This document shows, in pieces, positions 9,805 through 17,769 of a stretch of 24,560 nucleotides of DNA; position 1 is the stretch's first letter, and every line of letters begins with the position of its first letter. The notes beneath the pieces were generated by a model. The model was not told where the DNA came from, searched no databases, and saw only the letters and a list, made by a program, of their open reading frames with translations. The DNA comes from Candidatus Eiseniibacteriota bacterium (lineage in GTDB: Bacteria > Eisenbacteria > RBG-16-71-46 > DASYSL01), in the NCBI GenBank assembly GCA_031431875.1, contig JANPEF010000115.1, forward strand, positions 1 to 24,560, in the 5' to 3' direction. A program made the translations under genes and the position numbers.

Positions 9805-9853
9805 AACAGGATACGGAGGGCGTGCTTTTACGCTTGATGGCCCGTATCCTGTT
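9805..9853. repeat. Perfect 12-bp inverted repeat enclosing an inner hairpin
   Basis: AACAGGATACGG (9805-9816) and CCGTATCCTGTT (9842-9853); inner GGGCGTG-CTTT-TACGCTT. Confidence 0.8.
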
Positions 9854-9928
9854 TCTCCCCCCTCCACCGCCGCCTGGCTTCGTTTGCCCCCGTGACGACC
9901 GGCCGGCCTGACCTGCGGAGACACACCG

Positions 9929-12298
9929 ATGATCGGACGTACGCTCGGCCCCTACCGCGTGATCGAGCTCGTCGGCACCGGTGGCATGGGCGAGGTCTAC
10001 CGCGCCGTCGATGACCGGCTCCACCGGGAAGTGGCCGTCAAGGTGCTTCCGGCCGCCGGGCCCGTCTCGCCAGTCTCCCGGGAGCGACTCCGACGCGAAG
10101 CGATCACCGCGTCGCAGATCAACCACCCGAACATCGCAGGCGTCTACGACATCGGCCACGAGGGAGACCTCGACTACCTCGTCTTCGAATACGTTCCCGG
10201 CGGGACGCTCGCGGATCGCATGCGCGTAGCATCTCTTCCTCTGGCGGACGTCCTCCGGATCGGTATTGAGATTGCGCAGGGGCTCGACGCCGCGCACCAT
10301 CACGGGATCGTGCATCGCGATCTGAAGGCGACGAACGTGGCCTTCGATGCCGAAGGCCGGGCCAAGATCCTCGACTTCGGGATCGCCGCCTACGACACCG
10401 CGAGCGGCGCGGTTCCGACCGGGCTCGCGCCTACTCTCGGCATCGGGCCCGTCGGCACCCTGCCCAACATGGCGCCGGAGCAGCTGCGCGGGGAATCGAG
10501 CGACGCACGCACGGACCTCTATGCGCTCGGCGTCGTGCTCCACGAGATGGCGACCGGGCAACTCCCATTTTCGGCGGCGAACCAGGCGCTCGCGATCGAC
10601 GAGATCCTCCATCGCGTTCCGCCGCCGATCCGTTCGCTCGACCCTGCGCTGCCGAAGGCTCTCGACAGGCTCGTCGGGCGGCTTCTTGCAAAGAAGCCTG
10701 CTGAGCGCCCCGCCAGCGCGAGTGAAGTGCGCACCACCCTCGCGGCAATCCAGGGCACTGCCGCGCAGCCACGGCCTACGTTCAAACGGCGTAGGGTCGT
10801 GTGGGGAGTCGCGATCGTCCTGGCGGTCGCGTCGATGGTCCCGCTCCTGCCGCGTCGAGGCCTCGGCTTCCTGCACTCGTTTCCCGGAGCGAGCGCGCAA
10901 CGGTCCTCGATCGTCGTTTTTCCGCTCGATATCCTCGGAGGCGATGGCGGATCGGATTACCTGGGACGCGCATTCGCCGAGGCAGTGACGATGAACCTCG
11001 CGCAGACGAGCGGCCTCGATGTCCTGCCGGCTTCCCGCAAGCTCCTCGACGAGGCGGCGGATGCGGCGGCAGTGATGGAGGCAGGCCGCAAACTGGGAGC
11101 GAAGCATGCCGTGAGCGGATCCTTCCTGCTGCAGAAGGACAACTTGCGCGCGACGGTTTACCTGATCGACGTCGACCAGAGGCGGGTCGCCTGGGGCGCC
11201 GAGTACGACATCGATCCCGCCGACATCGGCATCTCCGCCAGCACGCTCGCCCGGGCACTCCGCTCCCGCCTCGGGCTCGCAGCCCGCCACGTCTACGAGG
11301 ACTTCCGCTACGAGACGGGCACGTCCGAGATGGCGACGTGGCCGCGACTCGCGGCCACGATCGCGGCCCTACGCTCACACGACGTGCCGCGTGGGCTTGC
11401 CCTGACGGAAAGCCTGCTTGTCCAGTTCCCGCGCGTCCCCGAGGCGCACGCCATGCGCCTCGTCGCCCTCGTCGACCAGGACAATGCCGGGGGTGGATTC
11501 GGTTCGAAAGCGTCGCGGGAGCTGAGCGCGGGAATCGATGCGCTCGAGGCCGTCGACCCGGCGAGTCCGCTGGTCCCGATCCACCGGGCGATGGCCGAGG
11601 GCAGTTCGCCGGACGTCGAATCCCGCGCAGGGGCCCACGAGAAACTCGTGAATCAGGCCCTCGCTCGCAGCGATCTCTCTCCCGGACTGCGCAGCCTGGC
11701 CCTGCGGCTCCGCGGGCGCGCGCGCATGCAGATGGGGAAGATCGACCCGGCGCGCAGGGACCTCGAAGCCTCGATCCACCAGGATCCTGCGAGCCCGTAT
11801 GGCTACATCTTCCTCGGCGGTTTTCTCCTGGAACAGAAGCAGTACGCCGAGGCGGTCCGCCGGGCGCGCGAAGCCGCCGCGATCGATCCAGCGATGGCCG
11901 GGCTGTATATCACCTACGTCCTGCTCGAGGCGGGTCAATCCGCCGAAGCCCTAGCTCACACGGAGGAACTCACTCGCCGACAGCCTTCGGCGCAGGTATG
12001 GGCGAACCTCGCCGTGCAGCGGGCGACGCTCAAGCGACGCGAGGCGGCCCGGGCGGCCATCAAGTCCGCCGGGGAGTTCGGTCCAAGCGCGACGTCTGCA
12101 TTCGATCTCGCCCGGGCGGCGGCGCTCTTGGGAGACGACTCGGAGGCCCTGAAGACGCTCGATCGAGCCGTCCAACTTGGCTACCGGGACGCCGCCATCG
12201 CGAGCACGCCGGAGTTTCAGCGGTTCGCGCGCGACCCCCGGTACCTGCGGCTGGTGAAAGCGGCGCAGCCGGACACGACGATGGGGCGGCGGAGCTAG
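9929..12298 (+). CDS. Hanks-type Ser/Thr protein kinase with a TM segment, a TolB-N-like domain and TPR repeats
   Basis: GTGGMGEVY, VAVK, HPNI, HRDLKATN, KILDFG, GTLPNMAPE, DLYALG; hydrophobic RRRVVWGVAIVLAVASMVPLL; SIVVFPLD...DYLGRAFAEAV; helical repeats ending LDRAVQLGY...FARDPRY. Confidence 0.92.
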   Translation: MIGRTLGPYRVIELVGTGGMGEVYRAVDDRLHREVAVKVLPAAGPVSPVSRERLRREAITASQINHPNIAGVYDIGHEGDLDYLVFEYVPGGTLADRMRVASLPLADVLRIGIEIAQGLDAAHHHGIVHRDLKATNVAFDAEGRAKILDFGIAAYDTASGAVPTGLAPTLGIGPVGTLPNMAPEQLRGESSDARTDLYALGVVLHEMATGQLPFSAANQALAIDEILHRVPPPIRSLDPALPKALDRLVGRLLAKKPAERPASASEVRTTLAAIQGTAAQPRPTFKRRRVVWGVAIVLAVASMVPLLPRRGLGFLHSFPGASAQRSSIVVFPLDILGGDGGSDYLGRAFAEAVTMNLAQTSGLDVLPASRKLLDEAADAAAVMEAGRKLGAKHAVSGSFLLQKDNLRATVYLIDVDQRRVAWGAEYDIDPADIGISASTLARALRSRLGLAARHVYEDFRYETGTSEMATWPRLAATIAALRSHDVPRGLALTESLLVQFPRVPEAHAMRLVALVDQDNAGGGFGSKASRELSAGIDALEAVDPASPLVPIHRAMAEGSSPDVESRAGAHEKLVNQALARSDLSPGLRSLALRLRGRARMQMGKIDPARRDLEASIHQDPASPYGYIFLGGFLLEQKQYAEAVRRAREAAAIDPAMAGLYITYVLLEAGQSAEALAHTEELTRRQPSAQVWANLAVQRATLKRREAARAAIKSAGEFGPSATSAFDLARAAALLGDDSEALKTLDRAVQLGYRDAAIASTPEFQRFARDPRYLRLVKAAQPDTTMGRRS

Positions 12299-12876
12299 GA
12301 AGACGTCTCCGTTTCCAGCAGGCGGCGGACCCGGGCCAGCGGCAGGCCCACGACGTTGAAGAAACAGCCGTCGATCCGGGTCACGAACGCCCCCGCCGGG
12401 CCCTGGATGCCGTAACCGCCGGCCTTGTCGTAAGGGTCGCCCGAGGCGACGTAGGCGTCGACGGCGGCGGCGGGCCAGCGCGCGAACGTGACGACCGTCG
12501 ACTCGAATCCGGCCGCGCAGCGGCCGTCGGAGTGGACCAGGGCGACACCGGTCAAGACTTCATGACTCCGCCCACTCAAGCGCGCCAGCATCTCCCGCGC
12601 CTCGGCAGCGTCGGCCGGCTTCCCCAGCAAGTTGTCGTCGAGCACGACGAGCGTGTCGGCGCCGAGCACGCGGGCACCGGGATGCCGCGCCGCCACATGG
12701 AGCGCCTTCGCCCGCGCCAGCGCCATCGCCAGCGACGACGGTGCATCGGCGCCGTGCGCAAGGGTCAGCGCCTCCTCGTCGACCCCGGCCGGCTCGACGG
12801 TGAAGACGACCCCGAGCGTCGCCAGCAGCTGCGCGCGCCGGGGCGAGGACGAGGCAAGGACGAGCGGGGCGCTCAT
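12295..12876 (-). CDS. maf: Maf-family nucleoside triphosphate pyrophosphatase
   Basis: [55 protein letters not shown] at 12876 overlaps the dtd stop. Confidence 0.95.
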   Translation of the reverse strand: MSAPLVLASSSPRRAQLLATLGVVFTVEPAGVDEEALTLAHGADAPSSLAMALARAKALHVAARHPGARVLGADTLVVLDDNLLGKPADAAEAREMLARLSGRSHEVLTGVALVHSDGRCAAGFESTVVTFARWPAAAVDAYVASGDPYDKAGGYGIQGPAGAFVTRIDGCFFNVVGLPLARVRRLLETETSS

Positions 12877-13343
12877 GCCCCCGCCTCGCCAGGAGGTGTA
12901 GCGGCCCCCACCTCGAGCAACAACGTCACCGGGCCGTCGTTCACCAGCGAGACGTCCATGTGCGCGCGAAACACCCCTTCCTCGCAGCGCACGCCGAGTT
13001 CGCGCACGGCGCTGCAGAACGCGGCGTACAGCGCTGCCGCCTCCTCGGCCGGAGCAGCCGCGACGAACGACGGGCGATGCCCCTTCGCGGTGTCGCCGTA
13101 GAGCGTGAACTGGGAAATCGCGAGCATCGCCCCGCCGGTGTCGAGCAACGAAAGGTTCATGGCGCCCGCGGCGTCGTTGAAGCAGCGCAGCCGCACGCAC
13201 TTCTCGGCGAGGCGGCGCGCCTCGGTGGGTCCGTCCCCTCGCGCGACGCCCACGAGCACGAGCAGGCCGCCGTCGATCGCGCCGGTGACCCTCCCGTCGA
13301 CCGTCACCGTGGCGCGCGAGACGCGCTGGACATGGGCCCTCAC
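12873..13343 (-). CDS. dtd: D-aminoacyl-tRNA deacylase
   Basis: [23 protein letters not shown]; classic position after rel. Confidence 0.97.
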   Translation of the reverse strand: MRAHVQRVSRATVTVDGRVTGAIDGGLLVLVGVARGDGPTEARRLAEKCVRLRCFNDAAGAMNLSLLDTGGAMLAISQFTLYGDTAKGHRPSFVAAAPAEEAAALYAAFCSAVRELGVRCEEGVFRAHMDVSLVNDGPVTLLLEVGAATPPGEAGA

Positions 13344-15613
13344 CGGCGGCGGTGCGCGGTCCCGCCGGAGGCGGCCGGTCCGTCGTCGTGCGGGCGATCC
13401 TTCCCGCGGGACCCTTCACTGCGGCCCGTGATCTTCGGCGCCTGCTGGCGCTCGACCCGCGTGACGCCCTTGACGCGCTGCACGGCCTGCAGCGTCTCGG
13501 TGAGCATGCGCAGGTTCGGCACCTCGACGAGGAACACGCCGCGCGCAGTCTTGTCCTCGCTCGCCATGCCGGCGCTGCGGATGTTCACCTTGAGCGCGGC
13601 AATGGTCTTCGTGATGTCGGCCAGCATGCCCTGGCGATCCGAGCCGTAGACCACGAGTCGTACCGGAAACACCTCGTCCGGGCGCGTGTCCCACGTCACC
13701 TCGACGCGGCGCTCGGCGGCGATCTTGTCGTCGAACGTGTTGGCGCAGTCAGCCTGGTGCACGGACACGCCGCGCCCCTGTGTGACGATCCCGATGACGC
13801 GATCGCCGGGCACCGGCTGGCAGCAGCGCGCGAAGTGCAGCAGGACGTTGTCGAGCCCGTGCAGCCGCACGCCGTGGCCCTTGCCGCGCGTCAGGTTGCG
13901 CAACACCTCGGCCGAGGCGTTCCGGAAGCGCTCGAGCGGGCCCTCGCGCTCGACCGACGGGACCAGGCGACGCACGATCGAGGTGAGCGAGCGCGTCCCC
14001 TGCCCCAGGTGGGCGTACAGCGACTCGATGTCGGTCAGGCCCACGCCCTGCGCCGCGTCGAGCAGTTCCTCGTCGCTCACGCGCTCGGTGGCGCGCAGAC
14101 GCTTCAGTTCACGCTCGATCATCTCCTTGCCCAGCGCGATCGCATTGTCGCGGAACTGCTCGCGCAGCCAGTGGCGGATCTTCGAGCGGGCCGACGGCAT
14201 GCGCACGATCTTGAGCCAGTCGGTGTGCGGCCGCGCCGACGGGGAGGTCATGACCTCGACCGTGTCGCCGTTCGTCAGCTCGTGGCGCAGCGGCACCAGC
14301 GCACCGTTGACGCGCGCACCGACGCAATGAAAGCCGACCTCGGTGTGGATCATGAACGCGAAATCGAGCGGCGTCGCGCCCTTGGGCAGGCGCTTCAGTT
14401 CCCGGCGCGGCGTGTAGACGAAGACCTCGTCCTGGTACAGGGCCGTCTGCAGGAACTCCATGTACTCCTCGTCGCTGGCGGTGGCCTGCCAGTCGGCGGT
14501 CTGGCTGACGAAGCCGCCGAGCTGCGCATCGAGCTGGGCGTCCATCGCGCCGCCCTTGTACACGTAGTGCGCGGCGACGCCGCTCTCGGCGGTGCGGTGC
14601 ATCTCGCGCGTGCGGATCTGGATCTCGACCATGTCGCCGCCGGGCACGATCACCGACGTGTGCAGCGACTGGTAGAGGTTGCTCTTGGGCATCGCGATGT
14701 AGTCCTTGAAGCGGTCCTGCACCGGGATCCACAGGTCGTGCACCACGCCGAGCGCCCGGTAGCAGTCGCCCTTGTCGGCCGTGACGATGCGCAGGCCGAG
14801 CAGGTCGAAGATCTGGTCGAAGGCGCGCGACGAGGACTTCATCTTGTGGTGGATCGAGGCGAAGTGCTTGGGCCGGCTCGACACCTCGGCCTCCAGACCG
14901 GCTTCGGCAAGCCGTGCCAGCAACGGTTCCTCGAGGCGCTTGAGCACGGATTCGCGATGCTCGCGGCGCGCCGCCACGCGCTCGGCCAGGTCGCGGTAGG
15001 CAACGGGCTCGAGCGTCTTGAGAGCCAGGTCCTCGAGTTCGCGCTTGATGCTCGCGATGCCGAGGCGGTGCGCCAGCGGCGCGTAGATGTCGCGCGTCTC
15101 GCGCGCGATCCGTTGCGCCTTTTCGGGGTTCAGGTACTCGAGCGTGCGCATGTTGTGCAGGCGGTCGGCGAGCTTGATGAAGATGACGCGCAGGTCGCGG
15201 GCCATCGACAGCAGCATCTTGCGGAAATTCTCGGCCTGCTCGCTGCGCGCCGAGTCGAAGTGGAAGCCCGAGATCTTGGTCACGCCATCGACCAGCGAGG
15301 CGACCTCGGAACCGAACTTCTTCTCCAGTTCGGGCAGCGTGACCGAGGTGTCCTCGACCACGTCGTGCAGGAGCGCCGCGATGGCGATCGGGGTGTCGAG
15401 GTGGACGTCGAGGAGGTCGACCAGCAGGTGCACCGCGGCCACCGGGTGGGAAATATAGGCCACGCCCGACTTGCGCAACTGCTCGCCGTGCGCGGCGTGC
15501 GAGAAGTCGAAAGCCAGCCCGACCAGCGCCACGTCGACCTTGGGCGAATGGGCCCTGAGGTCCTCGAGCAGCGTCGCGCGAAGGGTGGCGACGTCGTTGC
15601 CGCTCTCGCTCAT
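13340..15613 (-). CDS. rel: Bifunctional (p)ppGpp synthetase/hydrolase (long RSH, Rel/SpoT type)
   Basis: Intact HD motif [22 protein letters not shown], synthetase RFKDYI..YQSLHT..EIQIRT, TGS ([12 protein letters not shown]), ZFD ([10 protein letters not shown]) and ACT domains. Confidence 0.96.
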   Translation of the reverse strand: MSESGNDVATLRATLLEDLRAHSPKVDVALVGLAFDFSHAAHGEQLRKSGVAYISHPVAAVHLLVDLLDVHLDTPIAIAALLHDVVEDTSVTLPELEKKFGSEVASLVDGVTKISGFHFDSARSEQAENFRKMLLSMARDLRVIFIKLADRLHNMRTLEYLNPEKAQRIARETRDIYAPLAHRLGIASIKRELEDLALKTLEPVAYRDLAERVAARREHRESVLKRLEEPLLARLAEAGLEAEVSSRPKHFASIHHKMKSSSRAFDQIFDLLGLRIVTADKGDCYRALGVVHDLWIPVQDRFKDYIAMPKSNLYQSLHTSVIVPGGDMVEIQIRTREMHRTAESGVAAHYVYKGGAMDAQLDAQLGGFVSQTADWQATASDEEYMEFLQTALYQDEVFVYTPRRELKRLPKGATPLDFAFMIHTEVGFHCVGARVNGALVPLRHELTNGDTVEVMTSPSARPHTDWLKIVRMPSARSKIRHWLREQFRDNAIALGKEMIERELKRLRATERVSDEELLDAAQGVGLTDIESLYAHLGQGTRSLTSIVRRLVPSVEREGPLERFRNASAEVLRNLTRGKGHGVRLHGLDNVLLHFARCCQPVPGDRVIGIVTQGRGVSVHQADCANTFDDKIAAERRVEVTWDTRPDEVFPVRLVVYGSDRQGMLADITKTIAALKVNIRSAGMASEDKTARGVFLVEVPNLRMLTETLQAVQRVKGVTRVERQQAPKITGRSEGSRGKDRPHDDGPAASGGTAHRRR

Positions 15614-15667
15614 GCGACCTCCCGCGCGACACGGACGACGGGTGATTCCGGAACGACGAAGACGGGT

Positions 15668-16032
15668 GGGAGCCGGCCGTAAGCCGAGTTCTGTCGGTAC
15701 ATCACCGTGGCGACCATTTCTCTGGGAGGCGCGTTACCGCGCCCCTCGTGCGACCGTACCCGGGAGTCGAGCGCGGCGGGCCACCGCATCCTCCCCTATT
15801 CGGTCTTGCTCCGGGTGGGGTTTGCCATGCCTCCTCCGTCACCGGAGGAGCGGTGCGCTCTTACCGCACCGTTTCACCCTTGCCTCGCGACCTTGCGGCC
15901 GCGATCGGCGGTCTGTTCTCTGTTGCACTTTCCGTGGGATCGCTCCCCCTGGCCGTTAGCCAGCACCCTGCCCTGTGGAGTTCGGACTTTCCTCGGCGGG
16001 TCACCCCGCCGCGGTCGCCTGTCCGACTCCCC
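15668..16032 (-). ncRNA. rnpB: RNase P RNA, type A
   Basis: GAGGAAAGTCCGAACTCC, GGAAAGTGCAACAG, GGGTGAAACGGTGCGGTAAGAGCGCACC, GGCAAACCCC, ACAGAACTCGGCTTAC; P1 GGAGTCGG/CCGGCTCC. Confidence 0.98.
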
Positions 16033-16052
16033 TCCCGTCCGTCGTTTCCGAA

Positions 16053-16496
16053 CTAGCTTGCTGTCTCGAAGGTACCACCATCGAGCGCCCGATTCGCTTC
16101 CGCATCGGCCCGCGCGTTCTCGGCCCGCGGCACGTGCCGGATCGTGAACTTCCCGAACCGGCGGGACAGCGCCTGCGCCTCGGCGTACAGGGGCTTGAGC
16201 CCCTCGTTCTTCACCCGGTAGAGGCCGGTCATCTGGCGCACCACCAGTTCCGAGTCCATGCGGACCTCGATCGCGGAGATGCCCAGGTCGAGCGCCCGCG
16301 CCAGGCCCACGGTCAGCGCCCGGTATTCCGCGATGTTGTTCGTCGCGTGGCCGAGCGCCACCCCCCCCGCAGCCCGTGGAGCCCCGGAGGGGTCGTCGAG
16401 TACGTAGCCCGATGCGGCCGGGCCGGGGTTTCCGCGGGCTGCCCCGTCCGCGTACAGCGTCCAGATGCCCTCGATCGCAGCGGTCTTGGTGGTCAC
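16053..16496 (-). CDS. rnhA: Ribonuclease HI (short, archaeal-like/RnhA family)
   Basis: LYADGAARGNPGPAA, TNNIAEY, MDSELVVRQMTG.YRVK, HVPRAENARADAEAN. Start placed at GTG 16496; the ORF-track extension to 16934 is not protein-like. Confidence 0.93.
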   Translation of the reverse strand: MTTKTAAIEGIWTLYADGAARGNPGPAASGYVLDDPSGAPRAAGGVALGHATNNIAEYRALTVGLARALDLGISAIEVRMDSELVVRQMTGLYRVKNEGLKPLYAEAQALSRRFGKFTIRHVPRAENARADAEANRALDGGTFETAS

Positions 16497-16503
16497 GCCC
16501 GCG

Positions 16504-16533
16504 AAGATACCGGGGCGAAGCCTCGAGGCGCAA
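16504..16533 (-). promoter_or_regulatory. Sigma-70-type promoter immediately upstream of rnhA
   Basis: TTGCGC (16533-16528)-18 nt-TATCTT (16509-16504), then 7 nt and the GTG start. Confidence 0.55.
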
Positions 16534-16637
16534 GGCGGCCGGATTCCATGCGCCGCCGACCGCGCGCTGTGCGGAATCTGTCCGTTGCGGTTGTGCGACT
16601 TCCCGCTGCGCCGGGGCGGATCGTGCAGAGTGCATCG

Positions 16638-16701
16638 TGGCGTGCAGAGCGGGGGTCGAACTCGCTCCCGCCAAAGCGTGAGCGACCGGTGATTTTGAAG
16701 A
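16638..16701 (-). pseudogene. Degenerate tRNA 3'-half-like sequence (tRNA-Sec-like), not a functional tRNA
   Basis: TCTTCAAAA (UCA anticodon loop), long variable-arm-like hairpin, GCGAG-TTCGACC-CCCGC T arm (one mismatch), 7 nt, GCCA. No compatible 5' half. Confidence 0.4.
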
Positions 16702-16754
16702 GTCTGCTGCGCCTGCGGCGCGGGGCTAGGCCAAAGCCTGCCCTTCGGGCTCAA

Positions 16755-16770
16755 TGGCACATCTGTTGCT
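16755..16770 (+). promoter_or_regulatory. Sigma-54 (RpoN) -24/-12 promoter for fliW-csrA
   Basis: TGGCAC-ATCTG-TTGCT matches TGGCAC-N5-TTGCW with exact GG-N10-GC spacing, about 105 nt upstream of the fliW ATG. Confidence 0.85.
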
Positions 16771-16802
16771 CCCTTTGCGGTCGTCCCGGGTGTTCGCACG
16801 CA

Positions 16803-16868
16803 GGGTCGCCATGGAAGGCGCCCGCCCGGTCGGCCCAGGGAAGGCTCTCGGACCACGAAGGCAGGAGA
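16803..16868 (+). promoter_or_regulatory. Putative CsrA-binding sites in the fliW leader
   Basis: GGG(T)CGCC-ATGGAA-GGCGCCC hairpin, GGCC-CAGGGAA-GGCT hairpin, and GGA within the SD (CAGGAGA). Confidence 0.65.
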
Positions 16869-16875
16869 CTGTCCC

Positions 16876-17346
16876 ATGCAGATCAAGACCCGCACGCTGG
16901 GCGCCGTCGAGGCGACCCCCGAATCGTTCGTCACCCTGCCGGAAGGCCTGATCGGCTACGACGATCAGCGCGAGTTTGCGCTCGTCGCCTCGACCGACCA
17001 TGCCCCCTTCCGCTGGCTGCTGTCGTTCGCCGATCCCGACATCACGTTTCCGCTGCTGCCCGCGGCCCTCGTGGTCGACGACTATCGTCCGACGCTCGTG
17101 GCTTCGGACACGCGCGTGATCGGCGCGGTGGCCAGCGATGCGCTCGAGGTCTACGTGATCGCCAACGTCGATGCCGACGGGCGTCTCACCGCGAACCTGC
17201 GCGCCCCCATCGTGCTCAATCCGCAGTCGCGGCTGGCCCGCCAGGTCGTCCTCTCCGACGGTCGCTGGACGGTGGACCACGTCGTCGCGGCCGCCAACCA
17301 ATCGACCCAGGACGCGAAGGCCGAACCGACGCGCCAGGCTGCCTGA
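16876..17346 (+). CDS. fliW: FliW, flagellar assembly factor / CsrA antagonist
   Basis: MQIKTRTLG..., LPEGLIG, PFRWLLS..DPDITF, TANLRAPIVLNP..RLARQVVL; adjacent to csrA. Confidence 0.92.
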   Translation: MQIKTRTLGAVEATPESFVTLPEGLIGYDDQREFALVASTDHAPFRWLLSFADPDITFPLLPAALVVDDYRPTLVASDTRVIGAVASDALEVYVIANVDADGRLTANLRAPIVLNPQSRLARQVVLSDGRWTVDHVVAAANQSTQDAKAEPTRQAA

Positions 17347-17406
17347 CCGCGCGATCGCGCGCGATTCGCACACGCCGCACCACGCGCCCCGGCGCGGGAG
17401 GGACCC

Positions 17407-17646
17407 ATGTTGGTGCTGGGACGTCGCACCGGCGAGAACATCCGCATCGGTGACGACATCAAGGTGATCGTGCTCGAAGTCCGCGGCGGCCAGATCAAGC
17501 TGGGAATCGAGGCGCCGCTCGACGTGCAGGTGCATCGCGAGGAGATCTACGAACGGATCCAGAGACAGAACCGCAGGGCGGCCGGCACGACGCCGACCGA
17601 TCTGCGGGAGGCGGCGCGCCTCCTGCGGCAGAACGGACGGTCCTAG
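17407..17646 (+). CDS. csrA: Carbon storage regulator CsrA, FliW-controlled type with C-terminal extension
   Basis: [18 protein letters not shown]...[18 protein letters not shown]44 and N55 present, followed by a roughly 20 aa tail. Confidence 0.96.
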   Translation: MLVLGRRTGENIRIGDDIKVIVLEVRGGQIKLGIEAPLDVQVHREEIYERIQRQNRRAAGTTPTDLREAARLLRQNGRS

Positions 17647-17769
17647 GAACGCGCGTCTCCCCGATTCGTCGGCACGAGGATCGGCGAGCCTCCGCGGCGC
17701 GGTCGGAACGAAGGAACGGGCGCTCCCAGCGCGCGCGATTCCGGGGCCGGCAGCGAGCGTGGAACTCAC

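Noticed and set aside
9790..9860. Hammerhead ribozyme (minus strand GAAAC...GTT...TGATGAG) or integron attC site
   Set aside because: The core reads GTGATGA rather than CTGANGA and stem I is missing. The ends do not fit RYYYAAC/GTTRRRY and no integrase is present.
16638..16745. Functional tRNA-Sec or allo-tRNA gene
   Set aside because: No 5' acceptor strand at the right distance, the anticodon stem does not pair, and the D-loop GG is absent. Kept only as a possible remnant.
16497..16934. Apparent 146-aa N-terminal extension of RNase HI in the ORF track; similar extensions on GT2, GT9, cdsA, uppS and maf
   Set aside because: The extensions overlap promoters or neighbouring genes and are not protein-like; better starts with overlap coupling, SD or promoter support exist downstream.
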